The position numbers and the translations under genes are program-made. Positions 58,676 through 64,000 of a stretch of 64,000 bases of DNA are shown here, one piece after another. Below the pieces are notes generated by a model. It made no database searches and was not told the DNA's origin. It saw nothing but the letters and a program-made list of their open reading frames with translations. Source of the stretch: a virus (lineage: Duplodnaviria; Caudoviricetes); the IMG/VR virus record IMGVR_UViG_3300011989_000257, positions 348,515-412,514 of that record; one strand, given 5' to 3'. Position 1 is the stretch's first letter. Each line of letters starts with the position of its first letter.

Positions 58676-59707
58676 ATGCAAGAAATAGAGAAACTATACA
58701 ATATTTTGACGGTATTTTTAGGTGAAGCAAAAAATGGATTTGATGAGCATAATATGCAGTACGAGTTCCCTTGCCCACATTGCATCGAGAAATATGGCTG
58801 GCAAGAAGCTCGTAAATACAATTTATCCATATCCATATCCAAAAATAAATATCAATGTTGGAAATGTAGTTCTGAGGGTGATGATTTGATGCATGGCTCA
58901 TTAAAGAAACTCATCAAAGCATTCGGAAACGAATCACTTCTTAATGAATATATGGAAACATTGCGTTCAATAAGGAGCAGTGAATTATATAAATTGCATT
59001 TCGATGACTTTGATACATCAGTTGTTGAAAAAGAGGATTTAAAGTTTCCGTCATCATTCAAATTTTTCAAAAAAGGAGAAAAATACAACTATGGAGCATT
59101 CAAATATTTGAAAAACAGGGGAATAGGTTGGGACATAATAGAAAAGTATAAAATAGGGTATACTGAGAAGGAAGAGGATATTAAAATGAAAAAGTATTCA
59201 TATAGGGTTATAATTCCCTCTTTTAATGGCTTTGGAGACCTTAATTATTGGGTAGGTAGGGATTATCTACCCAAGTCAGATAAATTCCCTTCTAGGACAA
59301 AATATGCAAACCCAGAATCAGAGAAAAAGGAAATAATATTTAATGAGGAAAAAATACAATGGGATGCTGATATCACATTGGTTGAAGGCGCATTTGACCA
59401 TATTGTAGTTCCAAACTCAATACCATTGCTTGGAAAGGCATTGGATAAGGATTATAGATTATATTGGGACTTGATTAGTGATAAATTTAATGGAAGTTCA
59501 ATTAATATCTTTCTTGATGCGGACGCACATGAGACAGTGAAACAGATATACAAGTTTTTAAATCATGGGAAACTATATGGAAAAGTAAGATGGATACCAG
59601 TAGAGGGTGATGAAGACCCATCATCACTTTATGAGAAAGGTGGATATAAAGAAATTGCTAGACATCTTATGAATGCCCAGCAAATTGATGAGGTTTATTT
59701 ACAATAG
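58676..59707 (+). CDS. dnaG: DNA primase (Zn finger plus TOPRIM)
   Basis: CPHC...CWKC, YLKNRGI, GR, KYANP, LVEGAFD, FLDAD, DP. Confidence 0.9.
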   Translation: MQEIEKLYNILTVFLGEAKNGFDEHNMQYEFPCPHCIEKYGWQEARKYNLSISISKNKYQCWKCSSEGDDLMHGSLKKLIKAFGNESLLNEYMETLRSIRSSELYKLHFDDFDTSVVEKEDLKFPSSFKFFKKGEKYNYGAFKYLKNRGIGWDIIEKYKIGYTEKEEDIKMKKYSYRVIIPSFNGFGDLNYWVGRDYLPKSDKFPSRTKYANPESEKKEIIFNEEKIQWDADITLVEGAFDHIVVPNSIPLLGKALDKDYRLYWDLISDKFNGSSINIFLDADAHETVKQIYKFLNHGKLYGKVRWIPVEGDEDPSSLYEKGGYKEIARHLMNAQQIDEVYLQ

Positions 59708-60270
59708 CGCAAATCAGATAAAATGCTTTTCATTCTTTCGAATCTGTCTTTATTTGCACTTGCTAATAAGTTATTGTTACATATGTCATAACACCACCAA
59801 AATAGCTCATTGGTATTAAAATACCCATATTCTTCTCTTGTTACCGAATGGCCATACCATTTATCATGCGCTTTAGTAGTAAAGGCAATTACAGAATCAC
59901 ATAACCGTATGTCACTATTAGATAAGGTATAACCATCCTTAATTCTAAATGGGCACACGCTAGAAAGGATATGCTTAACGCTTCCGAATGGCTTTGTTAA
60001 ATCAAACAAAATATATTGATTGTGTCCGTTATACTGTTGTACATATTGATAAAAATAATCTTTACCAGATGACTTAGTTTCTGATTCAAATATTTTGGAA
60101 AAACACCAAGCAGTAGTTTCTCCAAGTGTAAATAATTCTTGGAATGGAAGTGCTGATTCAGCTTTAACTAATATATGACTGTTATCAGTTCCTACGATAG
60201 TCACATCTTTTGTATGAGCTAGAATGTGCATTAATGATTCTCTGTTAAAATTTTTCTCGTTCAATTTCAT
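59695..60270 (-). CDS. Hypothetical protein
   Basis: 191 aa; LG..TAWC motif. Confidence 0.65.
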   Translation of the reverse strand: MKLNEKNFNRESLMHILAHTKDVTIVGTDNSHILVKAESALPFQELFTLGETTAWCFSKIFESETKSSGKDYFYQYVQQYNGHNQYILFDLTKPFGSVKHILSSVCPFRIKDGYTLSNSDIRLCDSVIAFTTKAHDKWYGHSVTREEYGYFNTNELFWWCYDICNNNLLASANKDRFERMKSILSDLRYCK

Positions 60271-60358
60271 AAATAATTATGGCAATAATTATTGAATTTT
60301 AAAAATCATTCCTTAACTTTATTCCATTATTTCTTTAGGCAATAGCATAGATGTTGAC

Positions 60359-60616
60359 CTAAGAAAAATGAACTCGTAATTTAAGTTCTTCACTTGTTTT
60401 TAATTTATTATCAGAACCAAACCACCAAGTTTCAGATAATTTGCCAAAATAATAACTATTATCAGATACAATAGCTGCAACACGGTATTTCCATTGGGTT
60501 CTAAATACAAGTTCTTTTTCAAATGATACAACTTTAACTAATATCCATTCATAATAGCCGTTACCAAATTTGTCTTTAATCTTCCTTGGTTTTCTTTTTT
60601 TTGCTGTGCATTTCAT
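60359..60616 (-). CDS. Hypothetical protein
   Basis: 85 aa. Confidence 0.55.
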   Translation of the reverse strand: MKCTAKKRKPRKIKDKFGNGYYEWILVKVVSFEKELVFRTQWKYRVAAIVSDNSYYFGKLSETWWFGSDNKLKTSEELKLRVHFS

Positions 60617-60625
60617 AATTATGGG

Positions 60626-60916
60626 TCAACTTCTATGTGGTTGTCTTTCTTTATATCCATTTTTTAACATATAATCACAAAACACCATTGCAAGGTAGCA
60701 TCCTATGAAATTGGTGGTTGCTTGCACAAGTATTGCAATCATCAAGTCTGTCTCAGCGATAAACTTGACCACAACTGCTGAAAACGTATAACATATGCAG
60801 TTTGCCAATGATGCTACCATCTTGCTTGATTTAATAACAAGAATGCTTCTTACAATATGAAGAAAGACATTAATTAGTGAAATTACTATATATAATACAA
60901 GCATATTATTCTTCAA
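60626..60916 (-). CDS. Small multi-TM membrane protein (DUF5698-like)
   Basis: Three hydrophobic helices; NVFLHIVRSILVIK. Confidence 0.6.
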   Translation of the reverse strand: MKNNMLVLYIVISLINVFLHIVRSILVIKSSKMVASLANCICYTFSAVVVKFIAETDLMIAILVQATTNFIGCYLAMVFCDYMLKNGYKERQPHRS

Positions 60917-61275
60917 TGATTATTTTCTAATTCCTCGTAAAAGACATTCCTTTTAATTGGTTTATAAAGGATATCACCCAATAAATCTACTAATCTAATT
61001 AGTGGACGTATAAGTATGATGTAAAATGGTTTGAATATAAACTTATACATCGAAACTACTATTATGGCAATAAACGGAAATATACAATATGGCGGCAGAA
61101 GAAACATCCTTAACGGAGTATATTTTACTTTATTATCCCATATGTCATCATCTTTTATCATCCATTCTGTAAATTCCTTCCAAAATCCAAACTTAGTCGC
61201 TATATATAGATACCCATAGTTCACGACTGCTATTATTGCCCACGACAAACAAAGGTACAAAATTAACTTTTCCAT
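60913..61275 (-). CDS. Membrane protein
   Basis: Two hydrophobic segments. Confidence 0.6.
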   Translation of the reverse strand: MEKLILYLCLSWAIIAVVNYGYLYIATKFGFWKEFTEWMIKDDDIWDNKVKYTPLRMFLLPPYCIFPFIAIIVVSMYKFIFKPFYIILIRPLIRLVDLLGDILYKPIKRNVFYEELENNH

Positions 61276-61932
61276 TTATTCTTCAATATTTAGAATTTCT
61301 TTTTTGATATATTCCTTTACGTCTAGAAACATTCCGCAATGATTTCTGTCCCCAAATGCAACATGGTATTGTTCCTCATATTTACTAATGTTGTCCTTTA
61401 GGATTGGCGCATATGTCATTGCAATATATTCATTATCATCCATGTCTCGCTTAAGGTCAAGCCAAACAAAAACATATACATCTTGTCCTTCTCCAACAAC
61501 CTTTTTAGTTTCTTCTACTATATCCTTGAATGTTGATACATAATCCAAATCCTTAGATGAAATGCTGTTTCCATCATTATCCTTAACACCAATGGAATTG
61601 AAGAATTTTATGAATTCTTTATAATCCTTATTGGAAGTGAGAAAACAACCAAGTTTTGCATAATCGTTTTTCTTAAAGAAATTAAAGAACATCTTAGCCT
61701 TGCTTCTAACAATTTGGAAACATACAATCACATTACTCTTTTCCTCATTGTAAGGCTTTGAATAACGCACAACGATATCTTCTTGTGTTGAGAAATACTT
61801 TCCAACCAAGAACATTGACTTTGCGAAATCAATTTTATTCTCAAAGTCTGTGAGATTAAATGTGATTGGATTACTACTAATGATACTCAAATCCAAATCA
61901 CCAAGCCATCTAACAAAATCATTATATGTCAT
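61276..61932 (-). CDS. Hypothetical protein
   Basis: 218 aa. Confidence 0.7.
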   Translation of the reverse strand: MTYNDFVRWLGDLDLSIISSNPITFNLTDFENKIDFAKSMFLVGKYFSTQEDIVVRYSKPYNEEKSNVIVCFQIVRSKAKMFFNFFKKNDYAKLGCFLTSNKDYKEFIKFFNSIGVKDNDGNSISSKDLDYVSTFKDIVEETKKVVGEGQDVYVFVWLDLKRDMDDNEYIAMTYAPILKDNISKYEEQYHVAFGDRNHCGMFLDVKEYIKKEILNIEE

Positions 61933-62180
61933 TTCACAAAACGATAATTTTTATCAAGTTTATCCCCCTTATCCAACTCTTTCCAAGTGTAATAGCCAAA
62001 CTGTTTGGTATCTAAACTATCTGGATTATAAAGTTTTGACACCCTAATGTAATAGTTACCATTGTAATGCTTCTTATCCTCAACACGATAAACTGGCTCT
62101 TCGTTGGAGCACTCTAACTTAATTGTGTTGCAAGATGATAAGCAAGCACACAAAACAAATATAAATAATACCTTTTTCAT
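61929..62180 (-). CDS. Putative lipoprotein
   Basis: MKKVLFIFVLCACLSSC lipobox; start at 62180. Confidence 0.7.
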   Translation of the reverse strand: MKKVLFIFVLCACLSSCNTIKLECSNEEPVYRVEDKKHYNGNYYIRVSKLYNPDSLDTKQFGYYTWKELDKGDKLDKNYRFVK

Positions 62181-62203
62181 AATAACATTTTTTTTTTTCA
62201 CTG

Positions 62204-62252
62204 CAAATATACGAAAAAAGATTGGATTGACAAAATATCAACCCAATCTTTT
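62204..62252 (-). promoter_or_regulatory. Fused terminator hairpin and sigmaA-type promoter
   Basis: TTTG-N19-TATATTTG overlapping the aaaagattgg...ccaatctttt hairpin. Confidence 0.7.
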
Positions 62253-62266
62253 AATTGTTTTTAACA

Positions 62267-62377
62267 TTATATCACAAATTCATATCTTGGTATGCCATTC
62301 TTATCCGTATGCCACACAGTATTGTATTCCCTATAGTTCATCTCAGTAGATGACCATGTTACTTCACTATTACTCAT
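62267..62377 (-). CDS. Possible small protein (36 aa)
   Basis: MSNSEVTWSSTEMNY..., starts 2 nt after the endolysin stop. Confidence 0.35.
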   Translation of the reverse strand: MSNSEVTWSSTEMNYREYNTVWHTDKNGIPRYEFVI

Positions 62378-62379
62378 AT

Positions 62380-62883
62380 TTATTCCTCCCTATATTTAAA
62401 GTCATTTAGTCTGTTGAGCCATCCACCCAAGAACTTAGCCTTTCCACCCTTTGCAATGTCTTGGAAATGCTTCTTCCTCCTGTTCCATAACTTGTTGAAC
62501 AGTTCCTCTTGGTCTTCGTAGTCATTTATTGCTGCAAGGGTTTTTGGTCCAACTATTCCATCATCCTTTACACCTAATACTCTTTGAGGAAATTTTATTC
62601 CCCACACGCCACTAGTCCAGCACCAGTCAACAAGCAGTTCAGCGATAGATTGATTCTCGATATCATCGGCTTTACATCTGTCCCAAAACCCCTTTTTGAA
62701 GATGTAGTCCCATTCAGCTTGAGTGATTTCCTTCAAATCCTTACAAGTTTTTTCCTTACCGAAAAATCTTCTATAAGTCGCAAGAGTAACACCTTTCATG
62801 GTGCAAGTAGCCCCGTCAATGTTACCAGCATAACCACCCTCCCATTTGAGTATTTTCTTTATAATTTTTGTATATACTGCCAT
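62380..62883 (-). CDS. Endolysin, glycoside hydrolase family 108 with peptidoglycan-binding domain
   Basis: ILKWEGGY, T.KGVT, DDGIVGPKTL, FLGGWLNRL. Confidence 0.9.
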   Translation of the reverse strand: MAVYTKIIKKILKWEGGYAGNIDGATCTMKGVTLATYRRFFGKEKTCKDLKEITQAEWDYIFKKGFWDRCKADDIENQSIAELLVDWCWTSGVWGIKFPQRVLGVKDDGIVGPKTLAAINDYEDQEELFNKLWNRRKKHFQDIAKGGKAKFLGGWLNRLNDFKYREE

Positions 62884-62885
62884 AA

Positions 62886-63260
62886 TTATTTTTTATTTCC
62901 AGTATCAGTTAATACCTTATCTGATTCTAAGAACACTTTCTTAAAAAACTCATATAAGGAACTTGTTGGATGGTCTGCGTATTTTTTTAGTCCTTCAATA
63001 GCAGTTTCCCTTATTTTACCAATAATTGGTTCATGTTGGATAACCTCTTGAGCATGCATTGCAATCTCTTCCTCAGAGTCACCATTACCCATCATTTGTT
63101 GTGGCTGCTGCATCATTGTTGGGTCTTGTGGCGGCATTTGCTGTCCCATTCCTTGAGGGTCTTCCATCACACCCTCATCACCATTGAATAAATAATCTTC
63201 TGAAAGTTGTGCTTTCAAACTTTTCAATTCCTCTACAATATTTTTAATATCTTTGCTCAT
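62886..63260 (-). CDS. Hypothetical Q/M/P-rich protein, possibly head-associated
   Basis: Start MSKDIK at 63260; LSE motif; ATATTTAT at 63279-63286. Confidence 0.7.
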   Translation of the reverse strand: MSKDIKNIVEELKSLKAQLSEDYLFNGDEGVMEDPQGMGQQMPPQDPTMMQQPQQMMGNGDSEEEIAMHAQEVIQHEPIIGKIRETAIEGLKKYADHPTSSLYEFFKKVFLESDKVLTDTGNKK

Positions 63261-63299
63261 GATTAAAATAATTTTAATATAAATATCACGATATAATGA

Positions 63300-63334
63300 A
63301 AAAAAGAGGTTAGAAACCAATCTAACCTCTTTTT
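63300..63334 (-). terminator. Intrinsic terminator
   Basis: aaaaagaggttaga...tctaacctcttttt. Confidence 0.8.
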
Positions 63335-63345
63335 CATTATTATAT

Positions 63346-64000
63346 TTAGCTTCTCAAGTAGTTGCTGTAATCAGTAGTTTCACCACTTTCTGTCTCATCG
63401 GTAAAGTAATTTACATTATAGCCATTTGCTTCTACCTCAGCCATTTCATCTTCCTCGGTTGACTCTTGATAGTATTTACCGCAATTCCAAGCATTGCTAA
63501 GGTATACACCATTCTGCTTTGCTGCGATATCAGGCAACACACCTCCACCATCTTCGAGGCATACTATCCTAAGTGCATTAGTATCAGTGAACTCATTAAC
63601 GCCATGCTCAATGGTCTTTCCAGTTAAGTCTGTGATGTAAAGGTCATCAATTGTCATGGCTGCTGTCTTACCATATGAAGGTCTAACATCAACAAGCATC
63701 TTCTTGTTTGCGCCATCGTCAACCCAATTTGACGTTGTTGTGCAAGTCATACCACTAACCCACATTTCAAGTATTTCACAAATCTGATAAGCCATCATTT
63801 TATCAGCCTCCATAAATGAGGTGGCTGCGCTTATCACACAAGATAATGGGTCTGGTATGTATTGTATTCCTTCTCCGCATCCACCAGGAGCAACGCCTCC
63901 GAACAATGCCTTATAGATAGCGTCTGTTCTACCGCTTACACACTGTGCTGCTGTGTTTCCAGAACCGCTAACATAAAGACCGTTGTTTCTTATTTCAATA
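63346..64000 (-). CDS. 3' part of a putative virion protein (5' end outside window)
   Basis: Frame stays open upstream of 63906 to the window edge (IEIRNNGLYVSGSGNTAAQCVSGRT...). Confidence 0.7.
   Translation of the reverse strand, partial: IEIRNNGLYVSGSGNTAAQCVSGRTDAIYKALFGGVAPGGCGEGIQYIPDPLSCVISAATSFMEADKMMAYQICEILEMWVSGMTCTTTSNWVDDGANKKMLVDVRPSYGKTAAMTIDDLYITDLTGKTIEHGVNEFTDTNALRIVCLEDGGGVLPDIAAKQNGVYLSNAWNCGKYYQESTEEDEMAEVEANGYNVNYFTDETESGETTDYSNYLRS

Noticed and set aside
58555-58901. Minus-strand ORFs upstream of the R-M gene as control (C) proteins
   Set aside because: They overlap the primase gene antisense and cross the divergent promoters; no HTH pattern.
1-64000. Stop-codon reassignment as in Lak or some crAss-like phages
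   Set aside because: Genes up to 2194 aa are intact in code 11; TAG and TGA end genes right before the next start; no suppressor tRNA seen in this window.

Overview
64 kb segment of an AT-rich, T4-like/jumbo myovirus genome in the standard genetic code, coded mostly on the minus strand. The host is very likely Bacteroidota: 13 copies of the Bacteroidota sigmaA promoter (TTTG-N19/20-TAnnTTTG) precede non-structural genes. Contents: large virion proteins, baseplate (gp6-like, gp25-like) and neck (gp13-like) genes; class III RNR (nrdD/nrdG) with a ferredoxin:thioredoxin-reductase-like gene between them; helicase, primase, 5'-3' exonuclease, SbcC/gp46 and RuvC-like genes; a sigma70-family factor; ClpP; a Mom-like DNA modifier and a fused nuclease-adenine methyltransferase; RmlC and a two-domain glycosyltransferase; holin/spanin-like genes and a GH108 endolysin; three tRNAs including an unusual Leu(AAG). 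Strongest candidate novel systems: (1) a dispersed family of unrelated cargo proteins sharing an N-terminal (I/V)RLTE-D/EL...(L/I)(K/R)E leader, mostly behind an ATATTTAT late-type promoter, probably a capsid-targeting/injected-effector system; (2) an S/T-G-x-T motif enriched in virion proteins, together with late-operon sugar enzymes, possibly a virion glycosylation system. All calls come from motif recognition by eye; no database searches were run.
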